Below, one piece after another: positions 31,408 through 41,452 of a DNA stretch of 64,000 nucleotides. Position 1 is the stretch's first letter. Each line of letters begins with the position of its first letter. This DNA is from Deltaproteobacteria bacterium (GTDB lineage: Bacteria > Desulfobacterota > GWC2-55-46 > DRQE01), in NCBI GenBank assembly GCA_024278765.1, contig JAJRSM010000044.1, positions 5,972 to 69,971 on the forward strand, given 5' to 3'. A program made the position numbers and the translations under genes. The notes under the pieces were generated by a model. It did no database searches, was not told the origin of the DNA, and saw only the letters and a program-made list of their open reading frames with translations.

Positions 31408-33572
31408 AACAGATTATACAGAACTATAAGACAGGTGAGTTAAAGGTAGAGAACGTCCCAGTGCCGTATCTCAGGCGTGGCGGGGTCTTGGTTAATAACG
31501 AATATTCGCTGATAAGTTCAGGGACAGAGCGCGGCAAGATAGAGATGGCCAGGGCTAATCTTCTGCAGAAGGCACGGCAAAGGCCGGATCTCGTTAAGCA
31601 GGTAATGCATAACGTCAAGAGCGAAGGCCTTGTGCCTACGGCAAAGAAGGTCTTTACCCGTCTGAATACTCCGATAAGCCTTGGTTATTGCTCGGCTGGT
31701 ATTGTCTCTGTCGTAGACGACGCCACAAGTGGCTTTAAAGTTGGCGACCGCGTGGCATGTGTTGGAGAGGGCTTTGCCTGCCACGCCGAGGTCGTCTATA
31801 TTCCGGGCGGCCTACTGGTAAAGGTCCCTGACGAGCTTACGCTTGATAAGGCCTCTTTCGCTCCACTCGGAGCAATTGCCATGCAGGGGGTCAGGTTGGC
31901 TGAGGTCGGACTTGGCGATAAGGTCGTTGTTCTGGGGCTGGGCCTGATAGGTCAACTCACAGTACAGCTCCTAAAGGCATCGGGTTGCCACGTGATTGGC
32001 GTGGATATCGATGACGAGAAGGTCGCTATGGCTACCGAGTTCGGAACTGATATGGCACTGAACCTGAAAGAGGCGGATACGGAACTTGGCGTAGAGGGCT
32101 TTACCTTTTCACGCGGCGCGGATGTCGTTATCATCACGGCATCAGCATCGACGAGCCAGCCAATAGAGACCGCCGGTAAGCTTTGCAGGGAAAAAGGCAA
32201 GGTCGTTCTGGTGGGCGCTGTGCCAATAGAGTTGCCGAGAAAAGAATACTATGAAAAGGAGCTGGACTTTGTCGTCTCCCGCGCCTTTGGCCCGGGCTCT
32301 TATGACGAATCCTATATCGGCGGTACTGATTATCCTTACGGCTATGTGCGCTGGACGGTTCAGAGGAATATGGAAGAGGTAATGAACCTTATGGTTAGCG
32401 GTAAGGTTCTGGTAGATAAACTCATAAGTGGCAGGTTTAAAATAGACGATGCTGTTAAGGCCTACGAGCTTGTGAGAAAGCCAGAGGGTATTGTTATGGG
32501 CGTACTCTTTGAGTACGACGGTAAGCCAGCGGTGCCGGGCAGGATAATGATATCGCAGAAGGCAGGTAAAACGCGTAGTAATGCCCGCTCCGTCGGTTTT
32601 ATCGGGGCAGGGAACTTTGCGCAGAGCTATCTTCTGCCTGAGCTAAAGAAAGCAGGTGGCATGGAGTTGCGCGGGGTTGCGACCAACAGACCGATTAGCT
32701 CCGACAGTGTTAGCCGCAAGTTCGGCTTTAACTACGGGACCTGCAATCATAGCGAGATATTAAAAGACAATGATATAGATACTATATTTATAGCAACGCG
32801 CCATGACTTGCACGGCCCTCTGACGGCACAGGCCTTGCGTGCCGGGAAATCCGTCTTTGTAGAAAAACCGCTTGCCCTGAATCTGGACGAATTAACTGAG
32901 ATAACTCAGGCGTACGGCGCAGCCGATAGCCCCTACCTTATGGTAGGTTTTAACAGAAGGTTCTCGCCGCTATCGGTTAAGTTAAAGAAGCATTTTGAGA
33001 GTATAAAGACGGCCAAGGCAATCAACTTTCGCGTTAATGCAGGGCCTTTGCCGCCCGACCACTGGCTCTTGGATCCGGTAGAAGGAGGGGGACGTATAAT
33101 CGGCGAGGGGTGCCATTTTATAGATTATCTCCAGTTTGTGACAGGGGCCAGACCGGTAAGGGTATATGCTGTATCAATGGACGGAAAGACGCGTGAAGCA
33201 GCGCAGAACGTACAGATAACAATTGATTTCTCTGATGGCTCGGTCGGTAATATTGCCTATATAGCCGACGGAGATCCGTCTTTTTCCAGAGAATATCTAG
33301 AGGTCTTCGGTGGTGGTAGAGTTGCCGTGCTGGATGATTTTAAGAAACTGACCTTGAGTGCCAAGGGTAAAGAAAAGGTCCATACCCTGCGCGGTAAGGA
33401 TATGGGGTATGGTGGTGAGATAAGCGAGGTCATAAAGACATTGACAGGTGGCGGCCCGGCCCCTATATCCTTTGCAGATCTGGTTGCAACGACGCTTACG
33501 AGCTTTGCCGTCAATGAGTCTTTGGTAACCGCTGCACCCGTGACTATCGCATTGGAGGTCTCTGGTGAGTAG
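31404..33572 (+). CDS. Bi-domain oxidoreductase with an N-terminal zinc-type MDR alcohol dehydrogenase fused to a C-terminal Gfo/Idh/MocA dehydrogenase.
   Basis: The N-terminus has GDRVACVGEGFACHAEVV plus a GLGLIGQL Rossmann; the C-terminus has VGFIGAGNFA and FVEKPL. Confidence 0.75.
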   Translation: MKQIIQNYKTGELKVENVPVPYLRRGGVLVNNEYSLISSGTERGKIEMARANLLQKARQRPDLVKQVMHNVKSEGLVPTAKKVFTRLNTPISLGYCSAGIVSVVDDATSGFKVGDRVACVGEGFACHAEVVYIPGGLLVKVPDELTLDKASFAPLGAIAMQGVRLAEVGLGDKVVVLGLGLIGQLTVQLLKASGCHVIGVDIDDEKVAMATEFGTDMALNLKEADTELGVEGFTFSRGADVVIITASASTSQPIETAGKLCREKGKVVLVGAVPIELPRKEYYEKELDFVVSRAFGPGSYDESYIGGTDYPYGYVRWTVQRNMEEVMNLMVSGKVLVDKLISGRFKIDDAVKAYELVRKPEGIVMGVLFEYDGKPAVPGRIMISQKAGKTRSNARSVGFIGAGNFAQSYLLPELKKAGGMELRGVATNRPISSDSVSRKFGFNYGTCNHSEILKDNDIDTIFIATRHDLHGPLTAQALRAGKSVFVEKPLALNLDELTEITQAYGAADSPYLMVGFNRRFSPLSVKLKKHFESIKTAKAINFRVNAGPLPPDHWLLDPVEGGGRIIGEGCHFIDYLQFVTGARPVRVYAVSMDGKTREAAQNVQITIDFSDGSVGNIAYIADGDPSFSREYLEVFGGGRVAVLDDFKKLTLSAKGKEKVHTLRGKDMGYGGEISEVIKTLTGGGPAPISFADLVATTLTSFAVNESLVTAAPVTIALEVSGE

Positions 33573-34344
33573 TGGTGGCGCAGCTTTGCATGCTGGTAAG
33601 GTCGATATCCTCGGCATGCACTTTGATCCTCTGACTATGGACGAGGCGTTGGCTCGTATTGATGGTTTTGTTCTGGAGGGCGGTCCTCACAAGATTTTTA
33701 CTCCGAATGTCGCCCTTTTTGTCTGGTCTCGCTCCAAGCCGTGCCAGAAACGTTTCTACGATAGCTGTGACCTCTTACCTGTTGATGGCAGAGGGCTATA
33801 TTATGCATCAAGGCTCTTGGGTACACCTGTGCCGGAGGTCTTGAGCGCGGTCTTTATATTCTTTAAAATACTGGAGATTGCACCGAAAAAAGGGTATAAA
33901 TTATACTTCCTCGGTACAAAGGACGATATACTGAATAAGGCCGTAAAAGAGGCCCGTAAAAAGTATCCCGGGATAAAGATAGTAGGAGCTAGAAACGGCT
34001 ATTTTGATGAGTCAGATGAGGCGGAGGTCGCAGAAGATATCCGTGCCTCAGGTGCTGACATGCTTTTTTTAGGGATGAGTAGCCCTAAAAAAGAAGATTT
34101 TGTCATTAGGAATCTGGATCGCACCGGGGTCTCTGTCTGTCTGGGTGTTGGCGGTAGCTTTGACGTGCTGGCAGGGATCTACCATCTGGCCCCCGACTGG
34201 GTAGCAAAGGCCGGTATAGAATGGCTATATCGTCTTATACAAGAGCCAAGGCGGATGTGGAAAAGATATCTTACGACCAACTCTGTCTTTGCCTACCTGC
34301 TTATAAAAGAACTTATAAAAAGACCTTTTAGGAGAGTTTTATGA
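33565..34344 (+). CDS. WecG/TagA/CpsF-family (GT26) glycosyltransferase.
   Basis: VDILGMHFDPLTMDEALARI and PVDGRGL are family motifs. Confidence 0.8.
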   Translation: MSSGGAALHAGKVDILGMHFDPLTMDEALARIDGFVLEGGPHKIFTPNVALFVWSRSKPCQKRFYDSCDLLPVDGRGLYYASRLLGTPVPEVLSAVFIFFKILEIAPKKGYKLYFLGTKDDILNKAVKEARKKYPGIKIVGARNGYFDESDEAEVAEDIRASGADMLFLGMSSPKKEDFVIRNLDRTGVSVCLGVGGSFDVLAGIYHLAPDWVAKAGIEWLYRLIQEPRRMWKRYLTTNSVFAYLLIKELIKRPFRRVL

Positions 34345-35402
34345 ATGACAAGGATTACTTAGAGGCATATAAAGGCAAGAAAATTCTCGTAACCGGCGGT
34401 GCCGGTGCTATAGGCAGTAATCTTGTAAGGGCTCTGGCCGGTACAGGGGCCGCGATGATAATGGTCCTTGACAACCTGGTCTCGGGTGAACGCTGGAACC
34501 TGCCTGATCTGCCAAATATCATGTTTATCGAGGGCGATATCTGTGATGAGGTAAAGCTTAAGAGGGTCTTTTTTGAGCAGCCTGATTACGTCTTTCATCT
34601 TGCTGCATTTTTTGCCAATCAGAACTCGGTCGATCACCCCGAGAGCGACCTTGATGTAAATGGCATGGGTACGCTCAGGCTGTTGGAGTATTCGCAGATG
34701 ACCAAGCCCACGCGTTTTGTATACGCTTCTTCCGGCTGCTCTATCTACGGTAGTGCCGCGCCGTTGCCGCTTAAAGAAGAATTTATGAGCATGCATCTGA
34801 GTACACCTTACCAGATAACCAAGATGCTCGGTGAGCTTTACTGTAACTTCTTTTATCATCACTACGAACTGCCGGTAGTAAAGGCAAGGTTCTTTAACTC
34901 TTACGGCCCGGGCGAGGTTCCGGGGCAGTACCGTAACGTTATACCGAACTTTATCTACTGGGCGATGAAGGGCGTAGCCCTTCCGATTACAGGCACGGGC
35001 GAGGAGACGCGTGACTTTACTTATGTCGGCGATCTGGTAGACGGATTGCTAAGGGCAGGACACTTTGATGCTGCAATCGGGCAAGAGTTTAATCTGGCCT
35101 CCGGTAAAGAGACGCAGATAGTGGATCTAGCCAATATGATAAATGATATTGTTGGTAATGAAGCGGGCATTAACTTTGTTAGTAAAAGAAAGTGGGATAC
35201 AAAGAGTAGGTTGAGGGCCTCCGTTGACAGGGCCAGTGAGTTGATCGGGTACGACCCGCAGACCGAGTTTAAAGAAGGTCTGGCTGAGGCCATAAAGTGG
35301 TTTAAAGATAACTGGGATCTGGTCAATGCGGCTGCCTCATTCGGCCCGGGGATGACCTCGGCTGTAAGGGACGCAAAAGATAAGGATAAAGCGAGTTGTT
35401 AA
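34341..35402 (+). CDS. NAD-dependent sugar-nucleotide epimerase/dehydratase (SDR).
   Basis: The Rossmann motif KILVTGGAGAIGSNLV and the YxxxK region are present. Confidence 0.75.
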   Translation: MNDKDYLEAYKGKKILVTGGAGAIGSNLVRALAGTGAAMIMVLDNLVSGERWNLPDLPNIMFIEGDICDEVKLKRVFFEQPDYVFHLAAFFANQNSVDHPESDLDVNGMGTLRLLEYSQMTKPTRFVYASSGCSIYGSAAPLPLKEEFMSMHLSTPYQITKMLGELYCNFFYHHYELPVVKARFFNSYGPGEVPGQYRNVIPNFIYWAMKGVALPITGTGEETRDFTYVGDLVDGLLRAGHFDAAIGQEFNLASGKETQIVDLANMINDIVGNEAGINFVSKRKWDTKSRLRASVDRASELIGYDPQTEFKEGLAEAIKWFKDNWDLVNAAASFGPGMTSAVRDAKDKDKASC

Positions 35403-36532
35403 AGGCCCTAATAGTCTTTGGCACAAGGCCGGAGGCCATAAAGATGGCACCGCTGGTCTTGGAGTTTATGCGGCGACCCGATATAGAATGCAAGGTCTGC
35501 GTAACGGCGCAGCACAGGGAGATGCTGGATCAGATACTAAAGGTATTTGACATTACCCCTGATTATGACCTTGATATTATGCGGAAGGATCAAGATCTCT
35601 TTGACGTAACCTCAGCCGTATTACTTAATATCAAGGATGTTATAAATGAGGTTGCCCCTGATATAGTGCTGGTGCAGGGTGATACAACAACGGCAATGGC
35701 AACGGCTATGGCGGCCTTCTACCTGAAGGTCCCGGTTGGTCATGTCGAAGCCGGGCTTCGCACCGGTGATAAGGCAGCACCTTTCCCAGAAGAGATCAAC
35801 AGGCGCATAGTAAGTACTATGGCCGATTATCATTTTGTCCCTACCGAGTGGTCAAAGGGTAATCTGATAGCTGAAAATATCGCAGAGCAAGATATATATG
35901 TAACCGGGAATACCGTAGTTGATGCTTTGCTTGAGGTCTCAGGGAGGGCACGCACTGCTTCGGCAGAGCATTTCAAAGGTCTTTTTGATTTTATAGATGA
36001 GACGAGAAGGATCATCCTTATAACCGGGCATAGGCGAGAGAACTTCGGGGAGGGCTTTAAAGAAATATGCGCTGCTATAAGAGAGCTTGCAGAGAGCTTC
36101 CCTGACTGTGATTTTATATACCCGGTGCACCTGAACCCGAATGTCAGAAGGCCAGTTGATGAGATACTCGGGGCTGAAGACCTGAAGAATATTTACCTTA
36201 TCGAGCCGCTTGAGTATGAGCCGTTTGTATATTTGCTTGGCAAGGCGTACCTGATACTAACTGATTCCGGCGGTATTCAGGAAGAGGCTCCGAGCCTTGG
36301 TAAGCCTGTTCTTGTAATGCGCGAAGTTACGGAAAGACCAGAGAGTATTGATGCAGGCTCTGCCATACTGGTAGGGGCAGGACGCGAGAGGATAGTTAAA
36401 GAGGTCTCCCGGTTATTAAATAACGCCTCAGCTTATAACGAGATGGCCAAGGTTCATAACCCGTATGGTAATGGTAAGGCATCTCTAAGTATCTCTGATA
36501 TATTGACAAAAGATCATAGTAATCTTATTTAA
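35396..36532 (+). CDS. wecB: UDP-N-acetylglucosamine 2-epimerase (non-hydrolysing).
   Basis: KALIVFGTRPEAIKMAPLV, HVEAGLRT and DSGGIQEEAPSLGKPVLVMR are WecB motifs. Confidence 0.88.
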   Translation: MLKALIVFGTRPEAIKMAPLVLEFMRRPDIECKVCVTAQHREMLDQILKVFDITPDYDLDIMRKDQDLFDVTSAVLLNIKDVINEVAPDIVLVQGDTTTAMATAMAAFYLKVPVGHVEAGLRTGDKAAPFPEEINRRIVSTMADYHFVPTEWSKGNLIAENIAEQDIYVTGNTVVDALLEVSGRARTASAEHFKGLFDFIDETRRIILITGHRRENFGEGFKEICAAIRELAESFPDCDFIYPVHLNPNVRRPVDEILGAEDLKNIYLIEPLEYEPFVYLLGKAYLILTDSGGIQEEAPSLGKPVLVMREVTERPESIDAGSAILVGAGRERIVKEVSRLLNNASAYNEMAKVHNPYGNGKASLSISDILTKDHSNLI

Positions 36533-36562
36533 AGTTCATATCTATCCTGTAGGAGTAGCCAG

Positions 36563-37981
36563 GTGAAGGCAAGACATTTTTCACTGCGCCCGTTGGCGAT
36601 ATTTCTTGATATCATAACCATACTGCTGTCCTTTTACGTCTCTTTTATTCTGCGTGGTGTGCTTCTGCGTTTTTATCAGTTCGGCAATGTTACAGAGTTG
36701 CATGATTACGTCTACGTCTTGATAATTGTCCTTGCCGGTTCAATATGGCTTCTGACTATTTTTGGTGCTTACAAAAAACCTATGTTTGTCTCTCTATGGA
36801 AGGAGCTACAGATAGTTGTAAAGGTCGTAGTCCTGGGTTCGTTGATACTTTTTGCAGGTATTTTCTTTTTGCAGCTGGATGTATCGTTCCTACCAAGAAC
36901 CTTTATGCTGCTCTTTTTACTGGTCAACTTTTCTATCTTAATCTTTCAAAAGACGATTATGTATTCTCTTATGAGCAGAGAACGTATGAAGGGAGTCGGT
37001 CTTCAGAGTGCCATTGTAGTTGGCGACGGTGATGGGGTTGCGCGTTTCTTGCATACGTTAAAGGTTCATCCCGAGTATGGCTTGAAGGCAATCGGTGTTT
37101 TCTGTGATGACGAATCAACCGCCTCTACAGTTAAGGATTTAGCTACACTTGGCCCTGTAGAAGGGTTAGGAGACTTTCTTCACAAAAACCATGTTGACGA
37201 GGTTATTATTATACCTGAGAAAGACGTTAATATAGAGGAAATATTAGTGGTCTGTGAAGAAGAAGGTGTCAAGACAAGGATCGTGCCGGATCTTCTAAAC
37301 AGGCTTGATATTGATGTCGCGCTCGACAGACTTGGCGATATGATTGCTATTAATCTTTACGGTCATCATGAAAAAGAATGGCAGATATTCTTTAAGCGTG
37401 CTATGGATATTACCGTATCCGCAATAATGATCTTATTGCTTTCACCAATCTTAATAGCGATATCTATTGCTATTAAGATAAACTCTCCGGGGCCTGTCTT
37501 TTACCATTGGAGGGTCATGGGTTTTAATAAAAAGCCCTTTACAAGCTGGAAGTTCAGGACGATGATCGTTAATGCCGATGAGATGAAAAAAGAGCTTATC
37601 AAAGAAAATGAAATGAGCGGCCCTGTCTTTAAGATCAAGAACGACCCGAGGATCACCCCTATCGGGCGGGTTCTCAGGAGGTTCAGCATGGATGAACTAC
37701 CTCAGCTCTTCAGTGTCCTAAAAGGGGATATGAGCCTTGTCGGCCCAAGGCCTCCACTGGTATCAGAGGTGGAAAAATTCGAACGTTGGCATGGCAAGAA
37801 ACTTCGGATCAAACCTGGGATAACGTGCCTCTGGCAGGTAAGCGGACGAAATGCGATAAAAGATTTTGACGAGTGGGTACGCCTGGATGTAAAATATATT
37901 GAGAACTGGTCGCTCTGGCTGGATATTAAAATATTATTTAAGACAATACCAGCTGTCTTTTTGGAACAGGACATTAACTAA
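36563..37981 (+). CDS. Polyprenyl-phosphate hexose-1-phosphate transferase, a WbaP/PglC-family priming glycosyltransferase.
   Basis: TM helices, a CoA-binding-like domain and a C-terminal 'bacterial sugar transferase' domain (FKIKNDPRITPIGRVLRRFSMDELPQLFSVLKGDMSLVGPRP) are present. Confidence 0.88.
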   Translation: MKARHFSLRPLAIFLDIITILLSFYVSFILRGVLLRFYQFGNVTELHDYVYVLIIVLAGSIWLLTIFGAYKKPMFVSLWKELQIVVKVVVLGSLILFAGIFFLQLDVSFLPRTFMLLFLLVNFSILIFQKTIMYSLMSRERMKGVGLQSAIVVGDGDGVARFLHTLKVHPEYGLKAIGVFCDDESTASTVKDLATLGPVEGLGDFLHKNHVDEVIIIPEKDVNIEEILVVCEEEGVKTRIVPDLLNRLDIDVALDRLGDMIAINLYGHHEKEWQIFFKRAMDITVSAIMILLLSPILIAISIAIKINSPGPVFYHWRVMGFNKKPFTSWKFRTMIVNADEMKKELIKENEMSGPVFKIKNDPRITPIGRVLRRFSMDELPQLFSVLKGDMSLVGPRPPLVSEVEKFERWHGKKLRIKPGITCLWQVSGRNAIKDFDEWVRLDVKYIENWSLWLDIKILFKTIPAVFLEQDIN

Positions 37982-37982
37982 G

Positions 37983-38045
37983 ATGAAGCTACTCGTGACC
38001 GGCGGAGCCGGAAGAAGTGTTTGCTACAGGCAGGATATTAAATGA
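37983..38045 (+). other. Twenty-codon upstream ORF (MKLLVTGGAGRSVCYRQDIK) formed by a partial duplication of the 5' end of the downstream epimerase gene; its stop overlaps the real start (ATGA).
   Basis: Nucleotides 37983-38012 are about 85% identical to 38042-38071. Confidence 0.6.
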
Positions 38046-39175
38046 AGATACTTGTAACCGGCGGAGCCGGGTTTATTGGCTCTCATACTGTTGACGCACT
38101 TTTGCTTAAAGGGCATGAGGTGCGTATCCTCGATAGCTTTGAGAAACCAGTACATCTTAAGGGCAGGCCGAGCTATATACCAAAAGAGGTCGAGGTCATT
38201 GAGGGCGACGTGCGTGATAAGGCTGCGTGGGAAGAAGCCCTTGTTGGTATCGATGCAGTCTATCATTTTGCTGCTTATCAGGATTATCTGCCGGATTTTT
38301 CCAAGTTCTTTCATGTCAATAGCGTTGGGACTTCTTTGCTTTACGAGGTCGCTGTTGAACGTAAACTGCCGCTTCAGAAGGTAGTCGTAGCCTCTTCGCA
38401 GGCGGTATACGGCGAGGGCAGGCATAACTGCCCTGCCTGCAAGACGGCGTATTACCCTGATATCCGCAGTTCTGATGTCATGGATCGTGCGCAGTGGAAT
38501 CATAGGTGTCCTACCTGTAAAGGCCCTTTAGAGTTCAGTCAGACCGATGAGTCCCGTATAAATCCGCAGAACCAATACGCACTTAGTAAATATACGCAAG
38601 AACTTATAGCCATTAACTTTGGTCGTCGTTATAATATACCAACAGCTGCTATGCGCTACTCTATCGTACAGGGGCCGAGACAATCTTTTTATAATGCTTA
38701 TTCTGGGGCGTGTAGGATTTTCTGTCTGAGATATTTCTTTGATCGGTCTCCGGCGATATACGAGGACGGCAACCAAGTACGTGACTTTGTAAATATCAAG
38801 GATGTTGTAGCAGCCAATATTGCTGTTCTTGAAAGTGATAAGGCCGATTACGAGGTCTTTAATGTTGGCGGAGGCCATGCCTATACCGTCTTCGAGTTTG
38901 ACGCGACCGTCAGGAAGGTCTTTGGTAAAGAGGCCATGGCGCCGCGCATCCCAGGTGAATATAGGTTTGGCGATACTCGTCATATATTATCAGATGTGAG
39001 TAAACTTAAAGCCCTTGGCTGGAAGCCCGAATCTACGCCCGAGGATAGCGTAAGAGAATATATGGAGTGGTTAAAGAGTCAGGTCGATATCGAAGACGTC
39101 CTGGATTACGCAGAGCAGAAGATGAAGGATATGGATGTGGTTAGAAAGGCTGACCTAAAAGGAGATACCCTATGA
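38042..39175 (+). CDS. NAD-dependent epimerase/dehydratase (SDR) carrying an inserted CxxC...CxxC zinc-ribbon segment.
   Basis: MKILVTGGAGFIGSH is the SDR N-terminus; the insertion reads NCPACKTAYYPD...HRCPTCKG. Confidence 0.75.
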   Translation: MKILVTGGAGFIGSHTVDALLLKGHEVRILDSFEKPVHLKGRPSYIPKEVEVIEGDVRDKAAWEEALVGIDAVYHFAAYQDYLPDFSKFFHVNSVGTSLLYEVAVERKLPLQKVVVASSQAVYGEGRHNCPACKTAYYPDIRSSDVMDRAQWNHRCPTCKGPLEFSQTDESRINPQNQYALSKYTQELIAINFGRRYNIPTAAMRYSIVQGPRQSFYNAYSGACRIFCLRYFFDRSPAIYEDGNQVRDFVNIKDVVAANIAVLESDKADYEVFNVGGGHAYTVFEFDATVRKVFGKEAMAPRIPGEYRFGDTRHILSDVSKLKALGWKPESTPEDSVREYMEWLKSQVDIEDVLDYAEQKMKDMDVVRKADLKGDTL

Positions 39176-40161
39176 TAATCACCCAGACGCCTTTGCGGAT
39201 CAGTCTTTTTGGCGGAGGTACGGACTTTAAGGATTTCTACCAGAAAGACGGCGGAGCTGTCTTGAGTCTTGGTATTGATAAGTATATCTACGTAATAGTC
39301 AAAGAGCGTTTTGATGAAGATATCTATATAAATTATTCCAAAAAAGAAATTGTAAAGTGTGTTGACGATATCGAGCATGAGCTTGTAAAAGAGTCGATGC
39401 GAAAGACCGGTGTAAAGGCCGGTATAGAGATAACGACCTTGGCTGATATACCCAGCGAGGGTAGTGGGCTTGGCTCGTCATCAAGTGTTACCGTAGGGCT
39501 TTTAAATGCCCTCTATGCCTATCAGGGTGAGCAGGTAACGCTTGAGCAGCTGGCACGTGAGGCATGTGAGATAGAGATTGATATCCTAGGCAAGCCAATC
39601 GGCGTGCAGGATCAGTATATAGCCGCCTACGGAGGTTTGCGTTTTATCGAGTTTAGTAAAGATGGTAGTATTACCGTTGAGCGGATGCCGCTGAAGGAAG
39701 AAGAAAAGAGGCGGCTCGTATCAAACTTACTAATATTCTATACGGGTAAGACCCGCAGCTCTTCTAATGTATTGACTGAGCAGAAGGCGAATATAGGTAA
39801 GAGGCTGACAGAACTTGGCACGATAAAAGATCTTGCATATAGTGCAAAAGAGCAGATACTCGCAGGTGATATCGATAATGTCGGTGCTCTGATGCAGAAG
39901 GGTTGGGAGGCTAAAAAGAAGCTCGCCTCTAATGTGACGACCCCGGAGATAGACGAGCTATACGCTAAGGCAATCGTTGCCGGCGCGCTCGGTGGTAAGA
40001 TTTCAGGGGCAGGCTCTGGTGGTTTTTTGCTTCTGTATTGCCCACGTGAGGTGCAGAACTCAGTACGCGAGGCGATGAACGGCCATATGGAGTTGCCTTT
40101 CCTACTTAGCCGAGACGGCAGTAAGGTGATATTTAACAACAGAGGCTATGAGTGGAAATGA
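39172..40161 (+). CDS. GHMP-family sugar kinase (D-glycero-D-manno-heptose 7-phosphate kinase HddA-like).
   Basis: The GHMP motif PSEGSGLGSSSSVTVG is present, and the gene sits between an epimerase and nucleotidyltransferase/GmhA genes. Confidence 0.7.
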   Translation: MIITQTPLRISLFGGGTDFKDFYQKDGGAVLSLGIDKYIYVIVKERFDEDIYINYSKKEIVKCVDDIEHELVKESMRKTGVKAGIEITTLADIPSEGSGLGSSSSVTVGLLNALYAYQGEQVTLEQLAREACEIEIDILGKPIGVQDQYIAAYGGLRFIEFSKDGSITVERMPLKEEEKRRLVSNLLIFYTGKTRSSSNVLTEQKANIGKRLTELGTIKDLAYSAKEQILAGDIDNVGALMQKGWEAKKKLASNVTTPEIDELYAKAIVAGALGGKISGAGSGGFLLLYCPREVQNSVREAMNGHMELPFLLSRDGSKVIFNNRGYEWK

Positions 40162-40859
40162 AGGCCGTTCTGCTCGCCGCAGGGAAGGGGACAAGGCTGC
40201 GCCCATTGACCGATTCAGTGCCAAAGTGTCTGATCCCTATCGGCGGCGAGCCAATGCTCACCATATGGTTGCGTTTGCTGAAGAAACATGGTATAGAAGA
40301 AGTCCTTATTAATACGCATTATCACGCAGAGCGAGTAGATGATTTTCTGGCCAGTGATGATTCCGGGGTCAAGGTCAAGGCCGTATACGAAGAAGAGCTA
40401 CTTGGTAGCGCCGGTACGGTACTGGCAAATAGAGATTTTTTCAGAGATGAAAAAGATTTTTTTATTATCTATGCCGACAACCTGACCAATATGAATATTA
40501 CTAAGATGGCAAAATTTCACCGGTGCAATAACAAAAAAGGCCTTCTTACTATGGGGCTGCACAGGGCTACGAACCCGCAGGCCTGCGGCATAGCAGGCAC
40601 TGACAAGGACGGTCTGATAACGTCTTTTGTAGAGAAGCCGGAGCACCCTGAATCTAACCTTGCAAATGCCGGTGTATACGTCGCTGGCCAAGAGATCTTC
40701 GACTATATACCGCAGAGAAAAGGGGTTGTGGACCTTGGTTTTGATCTTCTGCCGATTTTGGTCAATAAGATGTATGGCTATGAAATAGAAGAATACCTTT
40801 TGGATATCGGTACGTTAGATAACTACGAACGCGCTAACAAAGAGTGGAGCAACGAATGA
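40152..40859 (+). CDS. Sugar-1-phosphate nucleotidyltransferase (HddC-like heptose-1-P guanylyltransferase candidate).
   Basis: MKAVLLAAGKGTRLRPLTDSVPKCLIPIGGEPML is the family's N-terminal motif. Confidence 0.75.
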   Translation: MEMKAVLLAAGKGTRLRPLTDSVPKCLIPIGGEPMLTIWLRLLKKHGIEEVLINTHYHAERVDDFLASDDSGVKVKAVYEEELLGSAGTVLANRDFFRDEKDFFIIYADNLTNMNITKMAKFHRCNNKKGLLTMGLHRATNPQACGIAGTDKDGLITSFVEKPEHPESNLANAGVYVAGQEIFDYIPQRKGVVDLGFDLLPILVNKMYGYEIEEYLLDIGTLDNYERANKEWSNE

Positions 40860-41449
40860 GTAAAGATTTTTTCGACCACTATATAGAAGAAGAACAGAGG
40901 CTGCTTGGCGAGATCTCGGAGGCGGAGTTTAATAAGGTGATAGAGCTCTTTCAGACTGCTTATGAAGATGGCAGGCAGGTCTTTGTCTTTGGCAATGGCG
41001 GCAGCGGCTCGACGGCCTCGCACTTTGCCTGCGATATCAATAAAGGGGTCTCCTACGGCCATGACAAACGCTTTAAGGTTATCTGCCTCAATGACAATAT
41101 AGCGACAATACTCGCCTATGCCAATGACACCTCGTATAATGATATTTTTGTTGAGCAGCTTAAGAACTTCATGCAGCCTGGAGATCTGGTCTTTGGAATA
41201 TCCGGCAGTGGAAACTCAGAGAATGTCCTGCGTGCTGTGGAGTATGGTAATGGTAACAGTGCGATAACATTAGGTTTTACAGGCTTTTCGGGTGGCAGGC
41301 TTGGTAAGGTTGCCGAATTATCTATAAATGTGGCCTCAGAAGATATGCAGAAGATCGAGGATATACACCTAATTATGACCCATATGATAATGCAGAGTTT
41401 CTGTAAGAAACTAGGCCTGCCTTGTAAAAAAGACGGTGAAAAGAGCTAA
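40844..41449 (+). CDS. gmhA: SIS-domain sedoheptulose-7-phosphate isomerase.
   Basis: VFVFGNGGSGSTASHFACD and a length of about 200 aa match GmhA. Confidence 0.85.
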   Translation: MEQRMSKDFFDHYIEEEQRLLGEISEAEFNKVIELFQTAYEDGRQVFVFGNGGSGSTASHFACDINKGVSYGHDKRFKVICLNDNIATILAYANDTSYNDIFVEQLKNFMQPGDLVFGISGSGNSENVLRAVEYGNGNSAITLGFTGFSGGRLGKVAELSINVASEDMQKIEDIHLIMTHMIMQSFCKKLGLPCKKDGEKS

Positions 41450-41452
41450 GTT

